Source of the DNA: Ilumatobacter sp.
GTDB lineage: Bacteria > Actinomycetota > Acidimicrobiia > Acidimicrobiales > Ilumatobacteraceae
DNA: 64,000 nt
Assembly: GCF_030065885.1 (NCBI RefSeq)
Contig: NZ_JASJCS010000008.1
Coordinates: 12,067 to 76,066, forward strand
Reading direction: 5' to 3'
Both the position numbers and the translations under genes were made by a program. Under the pieces are notes generated by a model. That model saw nothing but the letters and a program-made list of their open reading frames with translations, made no database searches and was not told the DNA's origin. Shown in pieces: positions 28,622-39,020 of this stretch. Position 1 is the first letter of the stretch. Every line of letters starts with the position of its first letter.

Positions 28622-29836
28622 TCAGCCGGCCAGCGCAGCGACGCGCGATTCACCCATCAGGTCGACGAAGTTGTCGTGGTAGAACGCGCGCCGGGCGGCC
28701 TCGTTGGCACCGGCCAGCGACCGCTCGAAGCGCTCGATCGGCCGGCGACCGCCCTCGACGTGCGGGTAGTCCGAGGAGAACAGCACCGTCTCGGCTCCCG
28801 CCTGCTCGATGATCCAGCCCACGTCCTCGGTTGGGTACGGCGTGAACCGGATCTGGCGGCGAACGTACTCGCTCGGCCGCAGCGACAGGTCCCGAAGTCG
28901 CGCTTCGTGGCGCGAGAACGCATCGAACGCCGACTCCATCTGCCGCATCCACGACGGCACCCAGATCGCACCCTGCTCGATCACCCCGATCCGGAGGCGC
29001 GGGAAGCGTTCGAGCACACCGTCGAAGATCATCGTCGCCAACGTCTGAGCGGGCGGGCCCGGGATCGCCATGTAGTCGACCGACCGGAAGTTCTCCTCGC
29101 CGCCGTGGAAGTCGGGCGGAACCGGCAGCCCGTTGCGGAAGTAGTCCGCGTCGAGCAGCTCGCCCGTTCCCCCGACGTGGAACACGATCGGCACGCCCGC
29201 CTCCTCGGCCGCGGCCCACACCCCGTCGAGACCGACGTGGCTCGGCGAGTGCCCCGGTGGGCATCCCGATGCGACCAGCAGCGCGCCGGCGCCCATGCCG
29301 ATCGCCTCGCGGGCCAGCTCGCCGGCCCGGTCGACGTCGGCGAGCGGTACGTACAGAGTCGACAGCAGGCGATCGTCGACCGCGCAGAACTCCACCATCC
29401 CGCGGTTGTGCGCACGGGCCACGCCGACCGCCAGCTCGATGTCGCCCGAGTGCTCCCAGTCGCGTAGCCGCGTGTTGTGGAACGTGTTGAACACCAGCTG
29501 GCTGGCGAAGCCGAGCAGGTCGAGTGCCCGCGGCCGGTCGTCGGCGAGGAACGAGCCGGTGGCGGCGAAGTTCTTGCGCAGCATGATCTCGTCGGCCTCG
29601 ACGGCCGTGTAGTCCGCGCTGCGGTGGCGCTCGGTCAGGCGCCGGAACGCCTCGTCGAGGTCACCGGGGCGGTCGCGGAGGTCCTCGGCCTGCCGGAGCT
29701 CGTTGCCACCCGGGTAGCTGAGCGGCTCGATCTGCTCACGGATCGCGGGGTCGGCGTGCTCGCGCAGCCAGTTCGGCGGTTCCATGATGTGCGCGTCCGC
29801 ATCGTGCACCACCAGACCGGTCGGGTTGTAGGCCAT
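28622..29836 (-). CDS. Amidohydrolase family protein
   Basis: HDADAHIMEP, VFHVG, FDGVLERFPRLRIGVIE, FSSDYPHVEG. Confidence 0.88.
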   Translation of the reverse strand: MAYNPTGLVVHDADAHIMEPPNWLREHADPAIREQIEPLSYPGGNELRQAEDLRDRPGDLDEAFRRLTERHRSADYTAVEADEIMLRKNFAATGSFLADDRPRALDLLGFASQLVFNTFHNTRLRDWEHSGDIELAVGVARAHNRGMVEFCAVDDRLLSTLYVPLADVDRAGELAREAIGMGAGALLVASGCPPGHSPSHVGLDGVWAAAEEAGVPIVFHVGGTGELLDADYFRNGLPVPPDFHGGEENFRSVDYMAIPGPPAQTLATMIFDGVLERFPRLRIGVIEQGAIWVPSWMRQMESAFDAFSRHEARLRDLSLRPSEYVRRQIRFTPYPTEDVGWIIEQAGAETVLFSSDYPHVEGGRRPIERFERSLAGANEAARRAFYHDNFVDLMGESRVAALAG

Positions 29837-29858
29837 GCCCCGATTCTCGCGGCAGGGC

Positions 29859-30758
29859 TCACCCCGGGAACGACTCGGCCAGTGCGAGGGCGGTGATCGC
29901 AGCCCGCCAGATGCGACCCTCGACGGTGACATGGATGCCGTCGTCGACGAACCAGCCGGGCTGGACGCGTTCGGACCACCGGAGCACCTCGACGTTGGGT
30001 CGCTCATCGGCGAGCCGGTACAGCTCGGCGTTCCACGCCTCCATCGCCTCGTTGCGATAGCCGCTGCTCGACCGCGTCGTCACCGCATCGAGCCAGAGCA
30101 CCGGGTCGTCGCCGATGACGTAGAGCATCCGCAGGATCCGCTCCTCGGCGCTCATCGACGCGCCCGAGATGATGTTGGCCGCATCGTTGGTCCCGATCAT
30201 CAACACCCAGCAGCCGTCGAAGCCCCCGTCGCGCACCGCGACCGCGACCTCGAACGCGGTGGTCTGCCAATCGGCGATCCGCTCGTGGATCGAGCGCCCG
30301 CCGCTCTCGTCGTGGAACACGGTCTCGACGCCGACATCGCGGTAGCGGGCGTCCATCGTGTTGGCGGCGCCATCGACGTACTGCGCCTCCCAGAGGTAGA
30401 CCCCGGTCGAGTCGCTGATGTGCACGACCTGCTCGCACGACGTCGTCGGTGGCGGCGGCAGCGTCGTCGTCGTGGTGGTCGTCGTCGTGGTGGTCGTCGT
30501 CGTGGTGGTCGTCGTCGTGGTGGTCGTCGTCGTGGTCGTGGTGGTGGTGGTCGTGGTCGTCGTCGGCACGATCGTCGTGGTCGTCGGCGCGACCGTCGTG
30601 GCCGCCGACACTGCGGTCGGCGCGGTCGAGGTGACGCCCGCCGGCGCGTCGATCGTCGTCGATGGCGCAGGCCGGGCGATGGCAACGGCGTCGACAGCGG
30701 GCTCGGAGCTGCAGCCGGCGAGCACCGCCAGGGCCACCAGCAGAGCGGCAGCGCGCAT
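29859..30758 (-). CDS. Lipoprotein with poly-Thr stalk and SGNH-like hydrolase domain
   Basis: Lipobox LAGC; poly-T tract; SDST, GTND, DGIH motifs. Confidence 0.7.
   Translation of the reverse strand: MRAAALLVALAVLAGCSSEPAVDAVAIARPAPSTTIDAPAGVTSTAPTAVSAATTVAPTTTTIVPTTTTTTTTTTTTTTTTTTTTTTTTTTTTTTTTTTLPPPPTTSCEQVVHISDSTGVYLWEAQYVDGAANTMDARYRDVGVETVFHDESGGRSIHERIADWQTTAFEVAVAVRDGGFDGCWVLMIGTNDAANIISGASMSAEERILRMLYVIGDDPVLWLDAVTTRSSSGYRNEAMEAWNAELYRLADERPNVEVLRWSERVQPGWFVDDGIHVTVEGRIWRAAITALALAESFPG
30463..30564. repeat. Low-complexity GTC/GTG repeat encoding a poly-Thr linker
   Basis: Repeated GTCGTCGTCGTGGTG units. Confidence 0.85.
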
Positions 30759-30786
30759 CACCACCCGCCCGCGGAGCTCACGGCAC

Positions 30787-31398
30787 TCACGTGGCACCCA
30801 GGGCATCGGCGACGGCACGGCGCGACGCCTCGGCCGCGTCGCGGCAGTGGCAGCCGGCGAGGTGGTCGTTGACGAGCCCCATCGCCTGCATGAACGCGTA
30901 CATCGTCGTGGGACCGACGAACGACCAACCGGCCTGCTTGAGCTGCTTGGAGAGCATCGTCGACGTGTCGGTCACGGCCGGGATCGCCGTCGGCGCCTCG
31001 TCGTCGAACGTGGCGTGCGGCCAGAAGAACGCGGCCAGCGAACCGTGCGCCTCGACCATCTCGATCGCCCGCGCCGCGTTGTTGATCGTCGAGCGGATCT
31101 TGCCCTGGTGGCGGACGATGCCGGCATCGGCCAGCAGGCGATCGACGTTGCGCTCGCCGAAGCGGGCGACCGACTCGAGGTCGAATCCGGCGAACGCCGC
31201 ACGGAAGTTCTCGCGCTTGCGCAGGATCGTCAGCCACGACAGGCCCGACTGGAAACCCTCGAGGCAGATCTTCTCGAAGAGCCGGGTGTCGTCGGCGACG
31301 CCGAAGCCCCATTCGGTGTCGTGGTACGCCGCGTAGTCGGGCGTGGACGCGCCCCACGAGCACCGCGCCGTCCCGTCGTCGTCGACCATCACGTCCAT
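30787..31398 (-). CDS. tag: DNA-3-methyladenine glycosylase I
   Basis: RCSW, YHDTEWG, LEGFQSGLSW, FVGPTT, GLVNDH. Confidence 0.93.
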   Translation of the reverse strand: MDVMVDDDGTARCSWGASTPDYAAYHDTEWGFGVADDTRLFEKICLEGFQSGLSWLTILRKRENFRAAFAGFDLESVARFGERNVDRLLADAGIVRHQGKIRSTINNAARAIEMVEAHGSLAAFFWPHATFDDEAPTAIPAVTDTSTMLSKQLKQAGWSFVGPTTMYAFMQAMGLVNDHLAGCHCRDAAEASRRAVADALGAT

Positions 31399-31439
31399 GG
31401 CCGACAGTCTCGCAGCTCGCGCACCGGACCGACCGGCGT

Positions 31440-32933
31440 TCAGAGGGACTCGCGCAGCTGGAATCGGCGGATCTTGCCGGTCGCCGTCTTCGGGAGCTCG
31501 GCGACGACGTGGAGCTCGCGCGGGCGCTTGAACGCGGCCATCCTCGAGCGACAGTGACGCTCGATCTCGGCGGGGTCGATCTCGTGCCCAGCTGCCGGGA
31601 CGACGAAGGCGACGGTCTGCTCGAGGCCGTCCGCGTTGCGTGCCCCGACCACGGCTGCCTCGAGCACGCTCGGGTGTTCGACGAGTGCGCTCTCGACCTC
31701 GGCCGGCGAGACCCAGATGCCGCCCGCCTTGATCATGTCGTTGTTGCGCCCGAGGAACGTCCAGTGGCCGTCGGCCGAGCGGGTGTAGACGTCGCCGGTC
31801 CGCAGCCACCCCTCGTCGAGGAACGCGGCGGCGGTGGCATCGGCGCGCCGCCAGTACCCGTCCGCGATCGACGGACCCCTGACGTGGAGGTAGCCCGGCG
31901 TGTCGGGTTCGACGACCTCGTCGCCGCCGTCGTCGCGCAGATGCGCCTCGTAGCCCTCGACCGGCATGCCGCTGGTGCCGGCGACCTGGTCGTCGACCCG
32001 GTTCGACATGAAGATGTGCAGCGCCTCCGTCGTGCCGATGCCGTCGAGCACCGGGTGTCCGAAGGTGGACGAGAAGCGGCGGTGCAGATCGGCGGGCAGC
32101 GACTCGCCCGCGGTCACGGTGGCCCGCACACCGGTGAAGACGCTCGGGTCGGGAGCGGCGTCGAGGATCGCCGCGGTAAAGCCGGGGCTGGCGAAGAACA
32201 GCGTGGGGCGTTCCTCGGCGATCAGCCGCAGGATGTCGGCCGGGGTCGGCGGCGCCGGATGCAGGATCGACGTCGCCCCGACCGCGAACGGGAACGTGAG
32301 GGAGTTGCCGAGCCCGTAGGCGAAGAACAGCTTCGCGATCGAGAGGAAGCGATCGTCCTCGACGGTGCGCAACACGCTGCGGGCGTAGGTGTCGGCGGTG
32401 GCTTGCAGGCTCCCGTGCCGGTGCATGACGCCCTTCGGGGAGCCCGTCGTGCCCGAGCTGTAGAGCCAGAGCGCGCTCGCGAGCGCGTCGGTGTCGCCGA
32501 CCGGCGCCTCGCTGCGGTCGTCGTAGTCGGCCCATGACGGCGTCCCCAGCACGACGGCGCCGGCCGGCAGCTCGCCGGCCGAGACCCGGTCCTGGTGTTC
32601 GGCCGATGCGACGAGCAACGAGGCCTCGGCGTCGGCGACGATGCCGGCGATGTCCTCGGTCATCAGCATCGTCGAGAGTGGTACGGGCACCGCGCCCGCC
32701 CGCATCGCGCCGAGGAACCATGCGACGAAATCGGGCTCGTCGTTGACGACCATCACGACCCGATCGCCGGGCCCCACCCCGCGGTCGGCGAGCGCGTGCT
32801 GGACCCGGAACACCTCGCCGAGCACCTCGCGGTAGGTGACCGACGTGCCCTCGAACCGGATCGCCACCCGATCACCTCGGCCGGCGTCGACGTGCCGATC
32901 GAGCAACCACGCGGCCGCGTTGTACGTCCCCAC
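31440..32933 (-). CDS. Benzoate-CoA ligase family protein
   Basis: YNAA, YSSGTTGSPKG, KLFFAYGLGNSL, DGIGTTEALHIF, LPKTATGKI. Confidence 0.85.
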   Translation of the reverse strand: MGTYNAAAWLLDRHVDAGRGDRVAIRFEGTSVTYREVLGEVFRVQHALADRGVGPGDRVVMVVNDEPDFVAWFLGAMRAGAVPVPLSTMLMTEDIAGIVADAEASLLVASAEHQDRVSAGELPAGAVVLGTPSWADYDDRSEAPVGDTDALASALWLYSSGTTGSPKGVMHRHGSLQATADTYARSVLRTVEDDRFLSIAKLFFAYGLGNSLTFPFAVGATSILHPAPPTPADILRLIAEERPTLFFASPGFTAAILDAAPDPSVFTGVRATVTAGESLPADLHRRFSSTFGHPVLDGIGTTEALHIFMSNRVDDQVAGTSGMPVEGYEAHLRDDGGDEVVEPDTPGYLHVRGPSIADGYWRRADATAAAFLDEGWLRTGDVYTRSADGHWTFLGRNNDMIKAGGIWVSPAEVESALVEHPSVLEAAVVGARNADGLEQTVAFVVPAAGHEIDPAEIERHCRSRMAAFKRPRELHVVAELPKTATGKIRRFQLRESL

Positions 32934-32967
32934 GACGCCAGTGTCGCAGGCGGTGGCTGTGGGCGGT

Positions 32968-33897
32968 TCAGTCGAGCGCGAGCCGGCGCTCGAGGCCCTT
33001 GACCGCCGCCCACAGCGCGTCGTTGATGGGCGTCGGCACGCCGGCCTCGCGCCCGCCTCGGCAGACGGCGCCGTGCATCACGTCGACCTCGGTTCGCGAG
33101 CCCTTCTCGACGCTCTGGAGCATCGACGCCTTGAAGCCGTACGGCAGACCCTCCCAGGCGCGCCGCCACGGGAGGGCCGGGTCGGTCGTCGTGACTGTGA
33201 TGCCGAGGCCGCGGGCGACCGCCATCGCCTCGGCCACGGTGGCGATCGCCATCGGCGCGACGTCGGGATCGATCGAGAGCTCGCCGTACGGAAGACCGGT
33301 CAGGGCGCTCCAGGCGCCCGTGGCGACGTTGACGAACAGCTTCTCCCACATCATCGCGACGATGTCGTCGCTCACGTCGGTGTCCATGCCGGCCCGTCGG
33401 AGCACGTCGGCGATCGCCGCGATCCGATCGGTCGACGAGCCGTCGAGCTCGCCGATCGTCGTGCGGCGCCCGACGACGCCGTACTCGACGAGACCCGGCT
33501 CGACGATGCGACCGCCCACGAAGGTGCGCCCCGCCATCACGAGCTCGGCACCGACGACGTCGGCGATGATCTGCTCGCACCCGACGCCGTTCTGCAGCGT
33601 CAGCACGCCGGTGTCCGACCCGATCACCGGAGATGCGGCCGCGATCGCGTCGCGCGTGTCGAACGACTTGACGAGCACGATCACGAGGTCGGCGACGGGC
33701 TGCCCCTCGTAGCCCGTCGCTGCCGCGACCGGGACCGTCCGCACCTGATCGCCGTCGTCGAGCCGCAGGCCGGAGGCGGCGATGGCGGCGACGTGGTCGG
33801 CGTTGCGGGTCACGAGCACGACGTCGTTGCCGGCGAGCGCCAGCACGCCGCCGATCGCCGAACCGAGCGACCCGGCTCCGACCACACAGATGCGCAC
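32968..33897 (-). CDS. Ketopantoate reductase family protein
   Basis: GAGSLG, LQNG, WEKLFVN, SMLQ, TEVD. Confidence 0.85.
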   Translation of the reverse strand: MRICVVGAGSLGSAIGGVLALAGNDVVLVTRNADHVAAIAASGLRLDDGDQVRTVPVAAATGYEGQPVADLVIVLVKSFDTRDAIAAASPVIGSDTGVLTLQNGVGCEQIIADVVGAELVMAGRTFVGGRIVEPGLVEYGVVGRRTTIGELDGSSTDRIAAIADVLRRAGMDTDVSDDIVAMMWEKLFVNVATGAWSALTGLPYGELSIDPDVAPMAIATVAEAMAVARGLGITVTTTDPALPWRRAWEGLPYGFKASMLQSVEKGSRTEVDVMHGAVCRGGREAGVPTPINDALWAAVKGLERRLALD

Positions 33898-33924
33898 GCC
33901 AGCACCGTACTGTCGGCGGCGAGG

Positions 33925-35850
33925 ATGAAGCCGACGCACGACCCCCTCGACCGCACCGAACTGGCCGCCGCGCTCGACGACGCCGACCTCCGGGTGCTGC
34001 TGATGTGTCTCGTCCACGTCACCGGCGACCGCCGGTGGCTCGCCGACCCGTACCGCCCACGACGCGACGTCCGCCTGATCGCCGACGAACGGGCCGGCAT
34101 CCCCGACTCGGTCGCCGACGAGATCCGATCGGCGGCACTCGATGCGCTGGCCGGCGGGCCGTTCGGGACGGCCATCGACGACCCCGGCGACGAGCTGATG
34201 CTCGAGATGATGCGCTGGTGCATGGGCGAGGACATCGACGCCGGGTATGCGCCGATGATGCGCGAGGACCTCGGCATGACGGCACGCGACGTCGAGTGGC
34301 ACGACGGCAGCGCGCCGCCCATCGACCGGCACGTCGTCGTGATCGGGGCCGGCGCGAGCGGGCTGATCGTGGGCGCACGGCTGCATCGACTCGGCGTGCC
34401 GTTCACGATCGTCGAGCGTGCCGGCGACGTCGGCGGCACCTGGCGCGACAACACGTACCCCGGCTGCGGCGTCGACACCCCCAACCACGCCTACTCGTAC
34501 TCGACCGGCACGCGGTACCGGTGGAGCCGCAACTTCTCACCTCAGGCCGAGCTCCTCGACTACCTGCGCGGTTGTGCGGACGAGTTCGGCGTCCGCGACC
34601 GGATCCGCTTCGAGTCGACGGTCACCGGCGCGACGTGGAACGAACGCGACCACTCGTGGCACGTACGGGTCTCGACGCCCGCCGGGGAGGAGCAGATCCT
34701 CGGCACCGACCTCGTGGTGGCGATCGGGCAGTTCGGGATCCCGTCGATCCCCGATCTGCCCGGCGCCGCCGACTTCGGCGGCTCGATGTTCCACACGACG
34801 GCGTGGCCGGACGACCTCGACGTCAGTGGCAAACGTGTGGCGATCGTCGGGACGGGTGCGTCCGCGATGCAGATCGTCCCGGTGATCGCCGGCGACGTCG
34901 AGCACCTCACGATCTTCCAGCGCAGCCCGCAGTGGGCGCGGCCGATCCCCCGCTACCACGACCCGATCAGCGACGGTGCGCAGTGGCTGCTGGCCAACGT
35001 CCCCCACTACGCCCAGTGGTTCCGGTTCACGATGCTCTGGCGATACGGCGACGGGCTGCTGCCGTACCTGCGCAAGGACCCCGACTGGCCGCACCCCGAC
35101 CGGTCGCTGAACCGCGTGAACGAGCGACACCGGCAGGAGATGGTCGCCCACATCGAGGCCGAGCTCGGCGACCGCACCGATCTGCTCGACGCCTGCGTCC
35201 CGTCCTATCCCCCGTACGGCAAGCGGATCCTGCTCGACAACGGGTGGTACCGCACACTGCGGCGGCCGAACGTCGACCTCGTCACCGATCCGATCGAACG
35301 TCTGTCGGAGACCGGCATCGTCACCGGCGACGGCAGGTCGCACGACGTCGACGTCGTCGTCCTGTCCACGGGCTTCCGGATGACCGACATGGCTCGGGCG
35401 ATCCACCCGGTCGGCCGAGGCGGCATCACCCTCGACGACGTCTGGGGCGACGACGACGCCACCGCACACCTGGGCATCACGGTGCCCGGCTTCCCGAACC
35501 TCTTCCTCATGCAGGGACCGTCGACCGGGCTGGGGCACGGCGGCAGCGCGATCTTCCAGGCCGAGAGCCAGACCCGCTTCATCACCGACGCGATCGTGCA
35601 CATGATCGAGGGCGGCATCGCGGCGATCGAGCCGCGACGCGACGTCCACGACGAGTTCGTCCGCGACGTCGACGAACGCCACGCCGGCATGATCTGGAGC
35701 CACCCCGGCATGTCGACCTACTACCGGAACTCGCACGGCAGGGTCGTCTCGGTGACCCCGTACAGCCTGCTGGAGTACTGGCGGATGACCCACGACATCG
35801 ACCTCGACGAGTACCTGATCACGCCCATCGACCACCTGGCGTCGACCTGA
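33925..35850 (+). CDS. Baeyer-Villiger/flavin monooxygenase with N-terminal extension (4-hydroxyacetophenone monooxygenase-like)
   Basis: GAGASG, GGTWRDNTYPGCGVD, FGGSMFHTTAWP fingerprint, GTGASA, KRILLDN. Confidence 0.85.
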   Translation: MKPTHDPLDRTELAAALDDADLRVLLMCLVHVTGDRRWLADPYRPRRDVRLIADERAGIPDSVADEIRSAALDALAGGPFGTAIDDPGDELMLEMMRWCMGEDIDAGYAPMMREDLGMTARDVEWHDGSAPPIDRHVVVIGAGASGLIVGARLHRLGVPFTIVERAGDVGGTWRDNTYPGCGVDTPNHAYSYSTGTRYRWSRNFSPQAELLDYLRGCADEFGVRDRIRFESTVTGATWNERDHSWHVRVSTPAGEEQILGTDLVVAIGQFGIPSIPDLPGAADFGGSMFHTTAWPDDLDVSGKRVAIVGTGASAMQIVPVIAGDVEHLTIFQRSPQWARPIPRYHDPISDGAQWLLANVPHYAQWFRFTMLWRYGDGLLPYLRKDPDWPHPDRSLNRVNERHRQEMVAHIEAELGDRTDLLDACVPSYPPYGKRILLDNGWYRTLRRPNVDLVTDPIERLSETGIVTGDGRSHDVDVVVLSTGFRMTDMARAIHPVGRGGITLDDVWGDDDATAHLGITVPGFPNLFLMQGPSTGLGHGGSAIFQAESQTRFITDAIVHMIEGGIAAIEPRRDVHDEFVRDVDERHAGMIWSHPGMSTYYRNSHGRVVSVTPYSLLEYWRMTHDIDLDEYLITPIDHLAST

Positions 35851-35929
35851 CGCAGCACCGACCGTCAAGCTCTGGTCAACTCGCGCACGCGTGTCATAGA
35901 GATCGGCGTCTCGGACGTCGATACACACG

Positions 35930-36556
35930 ATGATGTACGCAACAGCCGACAGCGGGAGTCGGCCGGCAGGGAACCGACCGGACCTCAGGGTCCTGGAAGG
36001 TGGCTCCGAGGTCCGGCAGGAACCACCCGGCCAGACCGCGCCCGTGGTGGCGGGCGCCGACGAGGGCGTCGTCGAGCTCTACGAGGCCGAGTACGTCGGC
36101 CTCGCCCGACTCGCATACCTGCTCGTCGCCGACCGGCACCGGGCCGAGGACCTCGCCCACGACGCGTTCGCCAAGCTGTACGAGAAGTGGGACGACCTCG
36201 ACGACCACGACAAGGCGCCGGCCTGGCTGCGCACGACGGTCACCAACCTGGCGATGTCGTCGCACCGGCGGTCGGCGACGGCCCGCAAGCACGCTGCGCA
36301 AACGCCGTCGGATCAGGCGAGCGAGGCCGCCGCGTCGGCCGAGTCCGAGGCGCTCGGCCGCAGCACCAACCCGCAGATCGTCTCGGCGCTCCAGGCGCTC
36401 TCGCCCAAGCAGCGCACCGCCGTCGTGCTGAAGCACTGGCTGCGTTACACCGAGAGCGAGATCGCCGACGTGCTGGGCTGCTCGCTCGGCTCGGTTCGCA
36501 CCCATCTCCACCGGGGGCACGCCGCCCTCGCCGCATCGCTGGGAGGTCAGCCGTGA
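35930..36556 (+). CDS. SigE-family ECF sigma factor
   Basis: [39 protein letters not shown]. Confidence 0.9.
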   Translation: MMYATADSGSRPAGNRPDLRVLEGGSEVRQEPPGQTAPVVAGADEGVVELYEAEYVGLARLAYLLVADRHRAEDLAHDAFAKLYEKWDDLDDHDKAPAWLRTTVTNLAMSSHRRSATARKHAAQTPSDQASEAAASAESEALGRSTNPQIVSALQALSPKQRTAVVLKHWLRYTESEIADVLGCSLGSVRTHLHRGHAALAASLGGQP

Positions 36557-37563
36557 ACGACCGAGAGCTCCGAACACTGCTGGACGACGCCGCCATGTCG
36601 TTCACACCGCAGCCGAACCGCGCGCACCTCCGGACGCTGCTCGGTGCGCCGACTGCGACGGGGCGGCGCATGAGCGTGGTGCTCGGCGTCGCCGCCTCGC
36701 TGGCGCTGTTCGCAGGTGGCGCGGCCGCACTCACGACCGATCAGTTCGCCGGCATCCAGATCTCCGACCGGCTCGACTTCGACGGCGGGGTCCCCGATGC
36801 CGAGGGCACCCCCGTCCCGGGATCCGACGAGCCGACTGCCTCGAGCAGCGCCGGCGACCCGACGACGACCGCGCTCACCAGCACGACGACCAGCACCTCG
36901 ACCACCACGTCGACCACCACGACGGTCGCGCCCACGACGGTCGCGCCGACCACGGCACCGCCGACGACGGCGGCCGCCCCGCTGCTCGACGGCATCGAGA
37001 TCACCCCCGTCGAACCGCCGGTCAAGGTCGAGCCGAAGCCAGAGCCCAAGCCGGAACCGAAGCCCGAACCCAAGCCCGAACCGAAGCCCGAGCCCAAGCC
37101 CGAGCCGAAGCCCGAGCCGAAGCCCGAACCCAAGCCGGAACCCAAGCCCGAACCCAAGCCGGAACCGAAGCCCGAGCCCGAGCCGGAACCGAAGCCCGAG
37201 CCCGAGCCCGAGCCCGAACCGCCGGCGACGACCGAGCCCCCACACACGACCGAGCCACCGGCGACGACGGAACCGCCGGCGACGACCGAGCCGCCCGCCG
37301 AAGAGGTTCGCTTCAAGGCCTACCAGCACTGGGGCTCGTGCGACAGCGATCCCCCGTACGAGGAGTTCTCCGGCAAGGCCAGCCCGGGGACCGAGATCCA
37401 CTTCTGGTCCCCGTTCGGCAGCGGCGGCACGTCGGCCGACGAACACGGCAAGTGGTACGTCAAGGTGATCTTCGAGGGCGCCCCCGTCGGGGAGACGTTC
37501 TGGATCGAGATGGAGACGTCGGACGGCCGGTACGAGGAGTTCAGCTTCGTCGTGACCGGCTGA
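36553..37563 (+). CDS. Membrane-anchored protein with Thr-rich and (PKPE)n linker, putative anti-sigma
   Basis: GTGA-coupled to sigma; one TM; long PKPE tract; aromatic C-terminal domain. Confidence 0.65.
   Translation: MNDRELRTLLDDAAMSFTPQPNRAHLRTLLGAPTATGRRMSVVLGVAASLALFAGGAAALTTDQFAGIQISDRLDFDGGVPDAEGTPVPGSDEPTASSSAGDPTTTALTSTTTSTSTTTSTTTTVAPTTVAPTTAPPTTAAAPLLDGIEITPVEPPVKVEPKPEPKPEPKPEPKPEPKPEPKPEPKPEPKPEPKPEPKPEPKPEPKPEPEPEPKPEPEPEPEPPATTEPPHTTEPPATTEPPATTEPPAEEVRFKAYQHWGSCDSDPPYEEFSGKASPGTEIHFWSPFGSGGTSADEHGKWYVKVIFEGAPVGETFWIEMETSDGRYEEFSFVVTG
37029..37220 (+). repeat. 12-nt unit tandem repeat encoding (EPKP)n
   Basis: GARCCSAAGCCS units repeated over ~190 nt. Confidence 0.85.
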
Positions 37564-37570
37564 TCCGGTG

Positions 37571-38341
37571 TCAGGTCGCCCGTGCGATCCGCACGTCGCC
37601 GGACACCGTGCGCAGGCGGACGCGGACGGTCCGCCGGCCGCCGTCGTGCAGCCCCGACGACGCCTTCGAGGGCAGCATCGTCTTGCCGCTCAGCGTCGAG
37701 ATGTCGGGCTCGACGCGGATGCCTGACGGCAGACCGAGCGAGATGTCGCCGGACACGCACTTCACGCTGACCTCGTCCCCGTCGCAGCAGTGCAGGGAGA
37801 CGTCGCCCGAGGCGGTGCCGACGTCGACCGCCTCGCCGACCTGGGCGACGCGGACCCCGCCGGACGCCGTCGACGCTCGCAACCGACCACCGACGGTTCG
37901 CAGGTCGACGTCGCCGGACATCGTCGAACACGACGCGTCGGATCCGACCTCGTGCACGCGCACATCGCCCGAGGCCGTCGAGGCGTCGAGCCGGCGAGCG
38001 CGGTCGACTCGCACGTCACCCGAGGCCGTCCTGACCCGCAGGTCACCCAGGTCGCCCACCCCGACGACGTCGGCCGAGGCGGTCGAGACGTCGACGTCGC
38101 AGCCCTCCGGCACGTCGACATGCACACGGGTCGAACGGGAACGCCAGCCACCACCGCGACCGCCAGGTCGGACCGAGACCGAGTCGCCGACCTGCACGAC
38201 CTCCCACGAGTCGGCCGATCCGCCGTCGATCGTCACCACGACGCGACCGGCCGCGCCGACGCGGACCTCGACCGAGCCCGACCGGCTGTGCACGTCGAGG
38301 CTCGCCGGCCCGGACACGTGGAACTCCTCGCGGCGTAGCAT
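37571..38341 (-). CDS. DUF4097 beta-strand repeat protein
   Basis: Repeated TASGDV/TMSGDV/VSGD motifs. Confidence 0.85.
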   Translation of the reverse strand: MLRREEFHVSGPASLDVHSRSGSVEVRVGAAGRVVVTIDGGSADSWEVVQVGDSVSVRPGGRGGGWRSRSTRVHVDVPEGCDVDVSTASADVVGVGDLGDLRVRTASGDVRVDRARRLDASTASGDVRVHEVGSDASCSTMSGDVDLRTVGGRLRASTASGGVRVAQVGEAVDVGTASGDVSLHCCDGDEVSVKCVSGDISLGLPSGIRVEPDISTLSGKTMLPSKASSGLHDGGRRTVRVRLRTVSGDVRIARAT

Positions 38342-38790
38342 CAGAGGTCGAAGCTCTCGGTGACCCGCCGGCCACCTGCGTCGGTCGACTGTGCACGCCG
38401 CTTGAGCGCGTCGACGACCCACGAGTTCACGGAGTCACCGTCGGCCGTCGCCGACTGCTCGATCAGCCCCTTCAGCGTCGGCGGCAGACGCAGCGTGATG
38501 CGGGCATCGAAGTCCTCGAGGTCGGGTTCGGCGGGCTCGGGTTCGGCATCGGCGAGCCGCAGCGCCGGGTCACCGTCGACGAGCACGACCTCGACCGTTC
38601 GGTCGGGCAGTTGCGCACCGACCTCGGCGGCGGCCTGCTCGGCGAGCTGGAGCGCAGCCAGGTGCAGGGCCGGCTCGATCGCGTCGGCGATCTGCGCGAC
38701 CGCGGCCTCGACCGCCGGATCGTCGCCGCCGACGGCGGCCTGGCCGACGATCGAGGCCCGCAGCGAGTTGACGACGGGACGAACGTGCAT
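38341..38790 (-). CDS. HicB-like/ribbon-helix-helix DNA-binding protein
   Basis: ARITLRLPPTLK...SVNSWVVDAL. Confidence 0.75.
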   Translation of the reverse strand: MHVRPVVNSLRASIVGQAAVGGDDPAVEAAVAQIADAIEPALHLAALQLAEQAAAEVGAQLPDRTVEVVLVDGDPALRLADAEPEPAEPDLEDFDARITLRLPPTLKGLIEQSATADGDSVNSWVVDALKRRAQSTDAGGRRVTESFDL

Positions 38791-38791
38791 C

Positions 38792-38923
38792 TCAGGGCCG
38801 GCGGCGTTGCTGCTTGGCGGGCCGCGGCGGCGGACCCGAGCGCGGGTGGGCGTGCCGGGTGCGGAGCCGCCGCATGCGGTCGTCCTGGAGCGCCTTCATG
38901 AGGACCGGATCGTAGTTGAACAT
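38792..38923 (-). CDS. Small 43-aa basic protein (not in ORF track)
   Basis: GAAAGGG RBS; MFNYDPVLMKALQDDRMRRLR...; stop 1 nt before the next ATG. Confidence 0.55.
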   Translation of the reverse strand: MFNYDPVLMKALQDDRMRRLRTRHAHPRSGPPPRPAKQQRRRP

Positions 38924-38950
38924 CGTCGTGACCCTTTCGTGGATGCCGTC

Positions 38951-39020
38951 GCGTCATGGATGACATCGCAACGACATTGAGTTGATGTCTCTATGATGTC
39001 ACAATGATGTCACGTTGTCA
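38951..39020. promoter_or_regulatory. TGATGTC/GACATC repeat array, putative RHH operator
   Basis: TGACATC, GACATT, TGATGTCT, ATGATGTCAC x2, TTGTCA in an AT-richer stretch. Confidence 0.6.

Noticed and set aside
30418-30634. Poly-Val and WWSSS-repeat ORFs
   Set aside because: Alternative frames of the poly-Thr tract of the minus-strand lipoprotein.
37029-37290. Periodic repeats as a possible CRISPR array
   Set aside because: In-frame coding repeats with synonymous variation, no unique spacers and no cas genes.
38341-38790. HicAB toxin-antitoxin system
   Set aside because: No HicA-like toxin adjacent; context is a DUF4097 operon.
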